Positions 20,601 to 29,631 of a stretch of 64,000 nucleotides of DNA are shown here, one piece after another (position 1 is the stretch's first letter; every line of letters begins with the position of its first letter). This DNA is from Candidatus Marinacidobacterium sp. (GTDB lineage: Bacteria > Acidobacteriota > Vicinamibacteria > Marinacidobacterales > Marinacidobacteraceae). The stretch is from positions 416,001 through 480,000 of the forward strand of contig OZ242011.1 of assembly GCA_965204755.1 (NCBI GenBank), in the 5' to 3' direction. The notes beneath the pieces were generated by a model. That model made no database searches and was not told the DNA's origin. It saw nothing but the letters and a program-made list of their open reading frames with translations. The position numbers were made by a program, and so were the translations under genes.

Positions 20601-20741
20601 GTCTTCAACCTGCTTGATGCCGCCAACCACAACCAGTTCACTTATAGTGGCGCGAATCGGACTTGGGTCCCGGCCTTTATGGAGTTGCGAAGCCGGCAGA
20701 ACGCGCGCACGATGCTCGTTCGAGGCACTCTCCGGTTCTAA
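17616..20741 (+). CDS. TonB-dependent receptor with N-terminal carboxypeptidase-regulatory-like domain (Oar-like)
   Basis: AAGGAG RBS; signal peptide; GTVRDDSGAVLPGATVT; FGGPIMRDKAWFF; YLQDSWK..RLTLNIGVR; C-terminal F. Confidence 0.9.
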   Translation: MRKPAFALLLAALLAAPTLAFGQAGDSSLRGTVRDDSGAVLPGATVTATSPALIQPASTVTDSQGAYRLVNLPAGTYTLEASLSGFNTFRQEGILLRASSNFGVEPVLSIGGVEETITVTAETPMLEVSRPGNILTIEGDLQRDLPIQARGNWSDFLELTPGVNARPFDDGSGRMVYFGHATEHFSHVIQLEGMAAAGYTDSQVTYVGMNADMMEDMSVKTGGAEAKDPMGTGLIINVITRSGGNDLSGSAAYDHQEFDWGTGDDDGLTGFFGDNEVPPGFNPFSAEKSSLAGLEQYGSGVYDPETQEGRAGSTGTPTAHLVRQADFSFGGPIMRDKAWFFASYRYADLSARISRGGTDVERLTALSGIALGGLGAAPTYSEFLNTTTSHQPYLKISAQLNSSHELNAYYQRDTTENTSNREYDLASRLTVQTGGNLYGAKLTSVFGANTTGQFTLSYNDKASQVPLDLQPQAGDLPLYLEIHSGYSVNSSGTISGGGRLAAAGTPNGSDRPARLVLLRGDITRYVDDLAGSHEFAVGVYAAPWNRYPSTTTYSLMNGWSTEHHAMVDANGNITEDLGAAAATRWFYRTRTGDESGPIATLQTIDATDSDIGVYLQDSWKPADRLTLNIGVRADFVRRSDGIRNFDRMNTVAIGPRAGFAYQVTADGRNILRGSYGRVHEQMNGRDAVTRVHGGATAGSYTEYDHDGDGLPDHSVYNPPVASLPNDVLFDPDIGQPFVDEFIGGLRRQFGSQISVDAAVIHRRYQDNYALLDQNGYYPSQAPAPVPLGEFQFGAVDIEQGSIRQQTNNSWSQLRYTAIEITTARRTERMSATLNFSRQWQSFGGDWNPHDPARYIHPEKFASTKALYMPRGNNEHNTLRASTATSYAPTWRQWSLRGGMSYVMPYDFTVAVSYTGNAGPWTGPLLQRLPSDSPDVAQYGPGSANNGKTNPLSTRYRVVGPDRGELQAQAPTVHTVGLSLGKILDFGPAQLELSAQVFNLLDAANHNQFTYSGANRTWVPAFMELRSRQNARTMLVRGTLRF

Positions 20742-20864
20742 CGCCAACGCTTAGGGCTGCCTACTGAACTCGCAGCCATACCACGACATTGTGGCGCTTG
20801 CCCTACGGGGTGAGCGCCACACTCATGTACGCTGGAGGTGGGGAGGAATGCCGCGACCCCCGAT

Positions 20865-21113
20865 CTTGACTTCGACGGTTTGGCCTTGTAAGTAGTTAAC
20901 GGGTTGGGAACTTGGTTTCGTAGGCACACTACAACCGGGCGGAGTTCGGGGGTGGAACCGGCGTGGCCCGCCGGGGCAGTCGGAGGCCCACCGGCCGGTA
21001 GATCCGCTCCGCCTCCGGGGTAGCCTTCGAGGGCAGGAAGAACCGCTCGTTCGTGCCCCGGTCGCAGCCGTGGGAGACCTCCACACGGAGCAGTTCCCGC
21101 AGCAGCCGCTCCT
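20865..21113 (-). mobile_element. 3' end fragment of an IS (probably IS1634 family, 'type B'), copy 1
   Basis: Near-identical to 22414-22735. Encodes a transposase-like C-terminus (ERLLRELL..LPSKATPEAERIYR..GLRLP) and ends in ...GTCGAAGTCAAG. Confidence 0.65.
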
Positions 21114-21114
21114 T

Positions 21115-21543
21115 TTGAGCAGGCAAAAAAATGTCCCCACTTTTCGGCAACCAAAATGCCCCACCTGCCGGCCCGCGGGAGAGAAGCTTGTCTTGGCGCG
21201 GCATTACCTGAACTGGGGGCTGAGCCGTCGGTTCGGGGGTAAGCCGGCGGACGCTGGGGCGGTGGCTGGCGTCGGGGATCTGGTGGCGGAGCGGCAGGAG
21301 GCGGTTCGGTATCGGGATCGGCTCCCGGGTCCGACGGTTCTGGACGGGTATCGGGAGGAGTGGGGCCAAGTGCTGGGGGACGAGGTGATGGCGGCGGCGA
21401 TGCTGGATCGGCTGCTCCACCACGCCCACATCGTGAACATCCGGGGGAACAGCTACCGGCTCCGGCACCGGGAGGACCTCGTCAAGGTGTTCCGTCGGCG
21501 AACGGGAGAGGAGCCGGCGTCAGCCGGAACGGGCAACGCATGA
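21115..21543 (+). mobile_element. Internally deleted IS21-family remnant (left end + istA 5' fragment fused to istB 3' fragment)
   Basis: Repeated AAAATG(T/C)CCC(C)AC end motifs; LARHYL..GLS istA-like start; EEWGQVLGDEVMAAAMLDRLLHHAHIVNIRGNSYRL is an IstB C-terminus. Confidence 0.75.
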
Positions 21544-21673
21544 GGTCGGCCCGGCCCCTCCGCTTCACCCGGTTCCGGCGCCGGAGCACCGCCCCTCAGG
21601 TCGGTCGGGCCGCTGGCTCCCTCGGCCCTCCGGGCCTCCGTCCCAAGCGGCCCGACCGACCCGTCGGAGCCCT

Positions 21674-21958
21674 CTAGCACTCGTCGCAGCTGGGGCCGCC
21701 GCAGGTGTCGCAGGTGTCGGGGCAGGTGTGCCTCTCGTCGTCCGTCGGACCCGGGCAGCCGCCGCAGGTGTACCCGCAGGTCGGGCAGCAGGTCCGCGGG
21801 CAGGTCGGGTCGCAGGTGTTGTGGCCTCCGGCGGCATCCCCCATCTGGTCGTCGGTGAGGCTGACCAGGGGACGCTTCTTCAGGCGGAGCACCTGCTTCT
21901 TCTCGGTCTTCTCCTCGGCCGGCGGCCGCGGACCCGTCTCAGTGGCGGACTTTTTCAT
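21674..21958 (-). CDS. RiPP-like precursor peptide (94 aa): double-Gly leader + Cys/Thr-rich core
   Basis: GGGAGA RBS; leader ...LRLKKRPLVSLTDDQMGDAAGG; 49-aa core HNTCDPTCPRTCCPTCGYTCGGCPGPTDDERHTCPDTCDTCGGPSCDEC. Confidence 0.8.
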   Translation of the reverse strand: MKKSATETGPRPPAEEKTEKKQVLRLKKRPLVSLTDDQMGDAAGGHNTCDPTCPRTCCPTCGYTCGGCPGPTDDERHTCPDTCDTCGGPSCDEC

Positions 21959-22181
21959 CGTCGTCTTCTCCCATGGAAGGAAACAGTGGACCAATCGGCC
22001 GGCTCTCGCTCGACCGCCCGGTGAACTGTTGGCCAGTATCCGGCTCGAGACGGGAGATGTCAAACGCGTAGTCGGGGACGAGACGGCAGGAGCCCGGAAC
22101 CTTCGAAACGGGGGTTGCTCCCCGCTCCCGGAGCGTCAGAAGGCCCGACCGCATTACCGTTCGGAACACACGCCTGCTTCA

Positions 22182-22413
22182 ACAGCCCACGGAAGCACGC
22201 CAGGACGCCTCGGCCGGGGATCGCGGCAAGGCGAGTCGGTATCGGGTGTGGCGACCGGCGCCGGAGCGAGGGAGCGCGCCGAGGGTCACCAGCCCTGCGA
22301 GGTCGCAGGTCGCGGTGGCTGGAGTGGCGGCGGCGGTGCGGCGGTAGTTCCCGGCGCTGAGGCGGCCCTCGAGACCCTCCGGCCTCCGACCGGAACAGGC
22401 GGCGCAGCGCCTT
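22182..22413 (-). pseudogene. fic pseudogene, 3' part
   Basis: DNA similar to 28501-28737 (3' end of the intact fic); cut off at 22414 by the IS end. Confidence 0.75.
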
Positions 22414-22735
22414 CTTGACTTCGACGGTTTGGCTTTGTAAGTGGTTGACAGTTAGGGAGTTGGTTTCGTAGGCACACTACAACCGGGCGGAGTCCGGCGG
22501 GGAGTGTCGGGGGTCAGGCGACTTCGCGCGAGTCGCCTCGGGGGTGGAACCGGCGTAGCCCGCCGGGGCAGTCGGAGGCCCACCAGCCGGTAGATCCGCT
22601 CCGCCTCCGGGGTGGCCTTCGAGGGCAGGAAGAACCACTCGTTCGTGCCCCGGTCGCAGCCGTGGGAGGCCTCCACCCAGAGCAGTTCCCGCAGCAGCCG
22701 CTCCTCGCGCAGCGGCGCCTCCGGGTAGGCCCGGG
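22414..22735 (-). mobile_element. 3' end fragment of the 'type B' IS, copy 2
   Basis: Starts CTTGACTTCGACGGTTTGG like 20865; encodes the same transposase C-terminus. Confidence 0.65.
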
Positions 22736-22739
22736 CGTA

Positions 22740-24270
22740 GACGCCGTGGAGGCCGTCCGCCTCAGCCTCGAGGGCCGGAACCTCGTCGAACCCGGGGACG
22801 CCTTCCAGATCCTCCGCGCCCTCCCCCACGGCCACGCCGCCGCCGCCCTCGGAACCCTCAAGCGCCTCCGACTGCCGGGCCTCCTCGACCGCAAGCGCTT
22901 CCGACCCCCGCGACCTCGCCCTCGCCCTCATCGCCGCCCGACTCCTCGCCCCCCGCCCCAGACTCGCCACCGCCCGGACCCTCGCGCCGGAGACCGCCTC
23001 CGCCTCCCTCGGCACCCTCCTCGATCTCGGGGAAGTGCGGTTACAGCCGGGACCGCAGGAGCAACACCCTGCAGATCGTCTTCGGCCTGCTCTGCTCCAA
23101 GGAGGGCTGCCCGGTCGCCGTCGAGGTCTTCCCCGGCAACACCGCCGACCCCGAGACGGTGGCCGCCCAGGTGGCCAAACTCCGCGACCGCTTCGGCCTC
23201 CGCCAACTGGTCCTGGTCGGCGACCGGGGGATGCTCACCGCCCGGCGCATCCGCGAGGACCTGAGCCCGGAGGAGGGCTTCCGCTGGGTCACCGCGCTGC
23301 GCTCCGCCGATATCCGCGCCCTGGTCGAAGCCGGCGCGGTGAACCCCTCCCTGTTCGACCGGCGGGACCTGGCCGAGATCTCCTCCGACCGCTACCCCGG
23401 GGAGCGCCTGGTGGTCTGCTTCAACCCCCGGCTCGCCGAGGAGCGCCGCCGCAAGCGCGAAGACCTGCTCGCCGCCACCGAGAAAGCGGCTGGAAGCCAT
23501 CGCCGCCGCCACCCGGCGCGAGCGCCGACCGCTGCGCGGCGCCGCCCGCATCGGAAAGCGCGTCGGCGCCCTCATCGGCCGCTTCAAGGTCGAAAAGCAC
23601 TTCCTCACCGAGATCACCGACGACTCCTTCGCCTTCCGCCGGAACGAAGACGCCATCGCCCGGGAACGGGCCCTCGACGGCTTCTACATCCTCCGCACCA
23701 ACGCCGAGCCCGAACTGCTCTCCACCGAACAGACCGTCCGCGCCTACAAGTCCCTCGCCTCGGTGGAGACCGCCTTCCGCAGCATGAAGTCCCTCGACCT
23801 CCAGGTCCGCCCCATCCACCACCGCCGCCCCGACCGGGTCCGTTCCCACATCTTCCTGTGCATGCTCGCCTACTACCTGGAATGGCACATGCGCCAGGCG
23901 CTCGCCCCCGTCCTGTTCCAGGACCACGACCGGGAGGCCGCCGAGCGCGAGCGCCCCTCCCCGGTCCAGCCCGCGCAGCGCTCCCCGGCGGCCAAGGCCA
24001 AGGTCGCCGCCCGCCGCACCCCGGAGGGGCTGCCGCTGCACGACTTCCCGACGCTGATCCAGCACCTCGGGACCCTCACCCTCAACACCGTCCGCGCCCC
24101 CAGCCGGAACGCCACCTTCCAGATGCGCGCGAACCCCACCCGGCTCCAGGCAAAGGCCTTCGACCTGCTCCGCCTTCCCGCCTCCGCGTAGCCAGAACCG
24201 AACACCCCCCGCCGCGCGGATCCCCGGTCCGTTCTCGGGCTTCTGACCTTTTGCCCCTTGGAACTTCCGG
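22740..24270 (+). mobile_element. Degenerate IS1634-family element (5'-truncated, frameshifted copy of 58816-60776)
   Basis: Near-identical DNA to the intact copy. Internal deletion near 23035, frameshifts near 22900 and 23483, terminal IR TGGAACTTCCGG ending at 24270 followed by CTAG. Confidence 0.88.
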
Positions 24271-24273
24271 CTA

Positions 24274-24640
24274 GTCTGTGTCGCCAACGCGGTCTCGGCG
24301 AACCACCGCAGCCACGGGGTAATGTCGAAGGAGCGGTTCACCCGTTCGATGACTTGGTAGTATGGTCGGCGGCGGGCGATCTCGCGGGAGGGTGCCGCCA
24401 GGCTCGAGCCGCCGAGGGCTCGCGCCAGCGCCTTTTCCGCCCAGGGCGCGGGCCATGCGTCCGCTACCGTTCTCGAAGGGATGGACGAAGACGAAGCCGA
24501 GATGGGCCACGCCGGCCGAAGTGACCCGTGGGAGCCCTTCCGCCGCGGATCTCTCGTACCAGCGGACGAATTGCTCCATTTCAGCCGGTAGCGCCCCTCG
24601 CCACTTTGCCGGAAGGTCCTGACTTCAGGGAGGTCGGTGA
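24274..24640 (-). pseudogene. fic pseudogene, middle part
   Basis: MEQFVRWYERSAAE...HPFENGSGRMAR...INRSFDITPWLRWFAETA-like frames; similar to 28830-29240 but frameshifted. Confidence 0.8.
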
Positions 24641-24682
24641 CAGCCGGGCAGCAGGTGTCGATACCGGTCGTATACTCGGCAC

Positions 24683-26137
24683 ATGAACCGTCGACGGAGA
24701 GAAGTGGAGATCGTTCCCTGGGTGCGCTACATCCGCCTTGGCGCCGTCGTCTGCGCGCTGGTCGGCTCGGTTTCCGGCTGCGGAGAGGATTCGGCCGCGC
24801 CCGCGACACCCGGCCCGGCGGCGCCGGCGCTCCTGCCTCCGGAGACGCGGCCCGAAGCCGTCGTTCCCGGAGAGATTCGCGCGTGGCTCGACGCGAATGT
24901 CCATCCGTTCGACGGCGCGCATCTCTCGCTGCCCCACACGGACATCGAGTTCCTGCGCGACTTGGTGGGCGACGCACGCGTGGTAGCGCTCGGCGAGGCC
25001 ACCCACGGCACTCGGGATTTCTTCGAAATGAAGGCGCGCATCCTCCGGTTCCTGGTCGAAGAAATGGGCTTCAACACCTTCGCCATCGAGGCCTCTTGGC
25101 CGGAGGCGATGCGCCTCGACCGCTATGTGCGCACCGGAGACGGCGATTCCGCCGTACTCCTGTCAGGGCTGTACTTCTGGACCTGGCGGACCGAGTCGGT
25201 GCTGGAGATGATCGAGTGGATGCGTGCCCACAACGAGGCGGGCGGGAACATCGGATTCCATGGCATAGACATGCAACTTCCCAGAATGGCCCTGCACATC
25301 GTGCGTGAATTCATCCGTTTCGTGGACCCCGCGCGCGTGGACGAGGTGGCCTCCCGGCTCGACTGCCTCGCTCGGCACGCCAATCAGCCGGATCGACTGC
25401 TGCCGCCAGTGAGTTATCGGGACCTGACGGACGCCGAGCGGGCGGAGTGCGGCGCCGCCCTGGAGGAAGTGGGGGCGCTTCTGGAGGCGAACCGCGCACG
25501 GTACGAGTTGGCCGGAGGCGTGAACACGGCAGCAGTCGCAGAGCGGAGCCTGCGCATCGCCTACCAGTATCACTTGGCAGAGGTCGGGAGGAGTGAAGGG
25601 GGACGGGCGCAAGGGGCGGCGCTTCGGGAAGGGTTCATGGCAGAGAACACCCTTTGGCTCAACGACCGCATCGGGCCTGAGGGTCGCATGGTGCTCTGGG
25701 CGCACAACCTCCATGTTGCGACCAAGCCCGGGAGACAGGGGCACTATCAGCGGGAGGCCCTCGGCGACGACATGGTGGTCATCGGTTTCAGCCACGAAGG
25801 CGGCCGCTTCACCGCCGGCGACCTGTCACGGAGCCCATTCATGCAGAGGGTGTTCGATCTGCCGCCCCCCGTGGAGAATTCCTTCGAGGCGATTCTGGCC
25901 GGGGCATCTCCTCCGAGGTTCGTCCTCGACCTGCGCCGGACCGCAGACGAGCCCGGAAGTGAGTGGTTGTTCGAACCTCGCCTGTTCCGCAACATCGGGT
26001 GCTGCTTCCACCCGGACTGGTCGACACGGTCGGTCTTCTCCCTGAGTCCGCTCCCGGATTGGTTCGACGCCATCATCCACTTCGAGTCCACTCGGCCGAC
26101 TGTCCTGCTGCCGTCGCGGCTGCCAAGTACTTGGTGA
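24683..26137 (+). CDS. Erythromycin-esterase-family lipoprotein
   Basis: Lipobox VSGC; VALGEATHGTRDFF, FAIEASW, GFHGIDMQ, LWAHNLH, FDAIIH. TATACT lies 6 nt before the ATG (possible leaderless mRNA). Confidence 0.88.
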   Translation: MNRRRREVEIVPWVRYIRLGAVVCALVGSVSGCGEDSAAPATPGPAAPALLPPETRPEAVVPGEIRAWLDANVHPFDGAHLSLPHTDIEFLRDLVGDARVVALGEATHGTRDFFEMKARILRFLVEEMGFNTFAIEASWPEAMRLDRYVRTGDGDSAVLLSGLYFWTWRTESVLEMIEWMRAHNEAGGNIGFHGIDMQLPRMALHIVREFIRFVDPARVDEVASRLDCLARHANQPDRLLPPVSYRDLTDAERAECGAALEEVGALLEANRARYELAGGVNTAAVAERSLRIAYQYHLAEVGRSEGGRAQGAALREGFMAENTLWLNDRIGPEGRMVLWAHNLHVATKPGRQGHYQREALGDDMVVIGFSHEGGRFTAGDLSRSPFMQRVFDLPPPVENSFEAILAGASPPRFVLDLRRTADEPGSEWLFEPRLFRNIGCCFHPDWSTRSVFSLSPLPDWFDAIIHFESTRPTVLLPSRLPSTW

Positions 26138-26139
26138 AG

Positions 26140-28335
26140 ATGAACTGCCGCGCCGCGCGGTCGGTGGGAAGCCGGTTCGTGCGCCTGTCGATCGTCGCCG
26201 CCTTGGTGCTCGGAGGCTGCTCCGGCGAGTCGCCGACCCTGCCCGGTGCTCCTCCGACACCGAATGCACCACCCGCGACGGTCCCCGAACCGCCGACCGA
26301 AGCGCCAGCGACTGGCCGAATTTCCGTCACCGACGACGATCTCATTCTCGCCGAACTGATCTCGGGCGACATGACCGGCAGTCCTTTCGACCTGAACGGG
26401 AAGACACTGGTCTTCACACCGGACGGCTCGGGCGGGTATTCGCGCTCCGTCAACCCGGTGCTCTGGGAGGCAGATGTCGGCGACGATGTCTCTGTCCTCG
26501 CTCCCGTCGCGTTCCGGAACTTCCGGTTCGAGTTCTCCGGGCAGCGGTGGGACTCGTTCCACATCAGTCCGAGGGGAGTGCTGACTTTCGGCAGCCCTTA
26601 CATCGACTCGTACTGGGCCACGCAACGGTTTTCGACCATGCGCCAACTCGCAGCGCCCCTGTCCGACCAGCCCACCATCAGTGTCCTGTACAAACCACTC
26701 CTCTTGCGGCACGGTATCGGACCCTTCGTCTCGTACCGGCCGGACCGGGTAGTCGTTACTTGGCTGGCGAGGGAGCCCCTCTTTTATGTCGACGGCGTTC
26801 CTCCCAAGGAGCCTTCCCGCTTCCAAGCCGTCCTCGGCGCCGACGGGAGCATCCGGTTCAACTACCTCGATGTCGCCTTCGGCGACGGCGTCGTCGGTCT
26901 TTTCCCGGCGACGGCCCCTGAGAAGGGCGACCTCATCGCCAGCCTTACGGACGCGAGGGATCCCTCGCTTCCCGGTCATCTCGACCTCCTGGAAGCGGCC
27001 ATCTACGGGACCGACACCGCTGACCGGGTGATCGTGGAATTCACCGTGCGCGACACGATCCCCGATCCGGCCGCCGGTATCGCCATCACTTATGGTCTCC
27101 TGTTTGATACGGATGAACCGTACTGGACTTATTGGAGCAACGCAGATGAGGACTTCCGATTGTCCATACGCTTGGAAGACGGCGACACCCGAACCAGAGG
27201 AGGGTCACTGTTGCCTCGGGAGGCAGGCGATCGGATCGCGATGCTGGCCGATATCGGTTTCTCGGCCAGCATCATGGCCAGCGCCACGCAGTACGAACGC
27301 TCCGTCTGGGCCGCCGGCGACAGCACGACCCCGCGTGAGGTCACGGTGCCGGAGGCGACGACGGATCTGTCGAAATCTGAAGATGGGTTCACTACGAGGC
27401 CGCGCGAGGTCTTCCGCTATCGCGACGCCCCCGACCTCGCCGCCGTCGCGTGCCGCATCGTCGCAGAATTGGGCGACACTTTCGACTTGTTCGTGTTCCA
27501 CAGCGAGTTCCGGATAGATGTCCAAGAGAGCCTGTCGGACTGGCGGGCGTACGGGAGCAACGAGGGAGTGCGGGGAACCGGCATGGGGTACCAGAGTCCC
27601 GCTCCATGCGGCAGAGGTCGGCTGAAGGGTCATTGGAGGATCCCGAACTGGGTCAAGGGCGGGAATGTGTGGTCGAGGAGTCGCGCGGAGTCCGAAGTCG
27701 CTGCCGATGGATTCGATGCCGGCCGGTACCACTTCGCCCATGAGTTCGGACATACCTGGCTGGCGGTGGCCGGCTATGAAGAGAACGGCGTGCGCCGGGA
27801 ATTGTCTCGAACCGGACATTGGCTCCCCGGACTCCACGCGCCTACAGCGTTTCCGTGGCGGGAGAATGTGCGGTGCCGTCGCTCGCTTATGGGAGGGTGG
27901 TACTGGGTCGAAAACGAAGACGGGTCATTCACTCGGGAAAACTGCTACGGCGCCTCCGCCCGAGGCTTTTCGTGGTTGGATCTCTATCTCATGGGACTGG
28001 CTCGCGCCGATGAGGTTCCAGACATGTTCATCGTGCGGAACCTGCGGGAAATCGGAGAGTTGCGGTACTCCGGCGACAAGGAGGTGGTGTCGATCGAACA
28101 GATCATCGCTGCCGAGGGGCTACGCGAGCCGACTCCCGCGACATCGCAGAAGGACTTCAACGCCGGCTTCGTGTACCTGCTGGATCCTGGGCAGGTACCG
28201 GAGCCCGACCTGCTGGAGCGCCATGGGCGATTTCGGGACGCGGCCGTTGAGCACTGGGAGCACATCACGGGCGGGCGTTCCCGTATTACGACTGAAGTCG
28301 CCCGGGAAAATCGAGCAGCGGCCACGAGGAAGTGA
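26140..28335 (+). CDS. Secreted lipoprotein with nidogen-like region and HExxH zinc-metallopeptidase domain
   Basis: Lipobox VLGGC, Pro-rich linker, VVVTW..FQAVL..DGSIRFNY, FAHEFGHTW, GHW, LDLYLMGL. Confidence 0.7.
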   Translation: MNCRAARSVGSRFVRLSIVAALVLGGCSGESPTLPGAPPTPNAPPATVPEPPTEAPATGRISVTDDDLILAELISGDMTGSPFDLNGKTLVFTPDGSGGYSRSVNPVLWEADVGDDVSVLAPVAFRNFRFEFSGQRWDSFHISPRGVLTFGSPYIDSYWATQRFSTMRQLAAPLSDQPTISVLYKPLLLRHGIGPFVSYRPDRVVVTWLAREPLFYVDGVPPKEPSRFQAVLGADGSIRFNYLDVAFGDGVVGLFPATAPEKGDLIASLTDARDPSLPGHLDLLEAAIYGTDTADRVIVEFTVRDTIPDPAAGIAITYGLLFDTDEPYWTYWSNADEDFRLSIRLEDGDTRTRGGSLLPREAGDRIAMLADIGFSASIMASATQYERSVWAAGDSTTPREVTVPEATTDLSKSEDGFTTRPREVFRYRDAPDLAAVACRIVAELGDTFDLFVFHSEFRIDVQESLSDWRAYGSNEGVRGTGMGYQSPAPCGRGRLKGHWRIPNWVKGGNVWSRSRAESEVAADGFDAGRYHFAHEFGHTWLAVAGYEENGVRRELSRTGHWLPGLHAPTAFPWRENVRCRRSLMGGWYWVENEDGSFTRENCYGASARGFSWLDLYLMGLARADEVPDMFIVRNLREIGELRYSGDKEVVSIEQIIAAEGLREPTPATSQKDFNAGFVYLLDPGQVPEPDLLERHGRFRDAAVEHWEHITGGRSRITTEVARENRAAATRK

Positions 28336-28500
28336 GTCCGGTCCCGCCACGGACGGCTCGGGGGACGCTCGCGTCCGACGGCGACTCCTCGCCGGAGGAC
28401 GGCAGACGAACGCGGACAGATGAGACGGCCGGCGACGACTGGCGCCGGAGACGCGGTGCGCAGACGCCGGTTCACCTGGTAACGCCATGTCGCCTCGATC

Positions 28501-29631
28501 TCACCAGCCCGCAGGCGCACGCGAGGACGCCTCGTCCAACGGTGGCGGCAAGGCGAGCAGGTATCGGGTGTGGCGACCGGCGCCGGAGCGGTGGAGCGCG
28601 CCGAGGGTCACCAGCCCCGCGAGGTCGCGGGTCGCGGTGGCCGGGGTGGCGCCGGTGATGCGGCGGTAGTTCCCGGCGCTGAGGCCGCCCTCGAAGCCCT
28701 CCGGTTCCGCGCGGAACAGGCGGCGCAGCGCCTTCGCCTCGCGGGGGCTCAATCGGTCGCCCAGCCGTCGGAACATCCGCGCCTGTTCCACCGAGCAGGC
28801 GACGCGGCGTTCGCTCCAGCGCTGGGCGGCCACCGCGGTCTCGGCGAACCACCGCAGCCACCGGGTGATGTCGAGGGAGCGGTTCGCCCGTTCGAGGACC
28901 TGGTAGTAGGCGCCGCGGCGGCAGGCGATCTCGCGGGAGAGCGCGATCAGGCTCGGGCAGCCGAGGGCGCGCGCCAGCGCCTTTTCCGCCACGGAGCGGG
29001 CGATGCGTCCGTTGCCGTCCTCGAAGGGATGGACGAAGACGAAGTCGAGGTGGGCCACGCCGGCCCAGGTGAGCGGGGGGAGCGCCTCCGCCGCGGACCT
29101 CTCGTACCAGCGGACGAATCGCGCCATTTCGGCCGGAACCCGCGCGGAAGGCGGCGCTTCGTAGTGAACTGCGGCGGCCGGGCCGGAGACGACCTGCATC
29201 GGTTGGCCGCCTCGCCGGAAGGCCCCGATCTGGGATAGATCGGAACGGCCACGCAAGAGACGCCGATGCCAGTCGCACAACCCGGAGAGCGCCAGCGGCC
29301 GGTCGAAGTCGGAGTAGAGGGCGACCATCAGGTCCGCCGCCCCGGTCTCCTCCGGAGTCGGACGCCGCTGCTTGCCCTTCCAGCCGAAGTGCTCCCGGAT
29401 GGAGGACTGCAACGAGTCGCGATCGAGGATCTCCCCCTCGATGGCCGAGGTCTCGACCGCCTCGTCGGTCAGGAACTCCACCCGGAGTTCCCGGCGTTCC
29501 TCCTCATCGAGATGCCACGCCGCTCCCAGCGACCGTTCCGCCGCGAGGCGGAAATCGGCCTCGAGCGGCGCGATCTCCGCTTCGTCCCAAGTGAACCGGG
29601 GCCACTCCGGCCGCTGCCGGATCCAGCGCAT
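28501..29631 (-). CDS. Fic family protein (DUF4172 N-terminus, C-terminal HTH)
   Basis: MRWIRQRPEWPRFTWD, TSAIEGE, canonical HPFEDGNGRIAR, C-terminal ATATRDLAGLV..G.GRHTRY. Confidence 0.9.
   Translation of the reverse strand: MRWIRQRPEWPRFTWDEAEIAPLEADFRLAAERSLGAAWHLDEEERRELRVEFLTDEAVETSAIEGEILDRDSLQSSIREHFGWKGKQRRPTPEETGAADLMVALYSDFDRPLALSGLCDWHRRLLRGRSDLSQIGAFRRGGQPMQVVSGPAAAVHYEAPPSARVPAEMARFVRWYERSAAEALPPLTWAGVAHLDFVFVHPFEDGNGRIARSVAEKALARALGCPSLIALSREIACRRGAYYQVLERANRSLDITRWLRWFAETAVAAQRWSERRVACSVEQARMFRRLGDRLSPREAKALRRLFRAEPEGFEGGLSAGNYRRITGATPATATRDLAGLVTLGALHRSGAGRHTRYLLALPPPLDEASSRAPAGW

Noticed and set aside
24618-24630. CCTGACTTCAGG as another IS terminus
   Set aside because: It aligns with the fic coding sequence (DLSQIGAFR region) and is part of the pseudogene.
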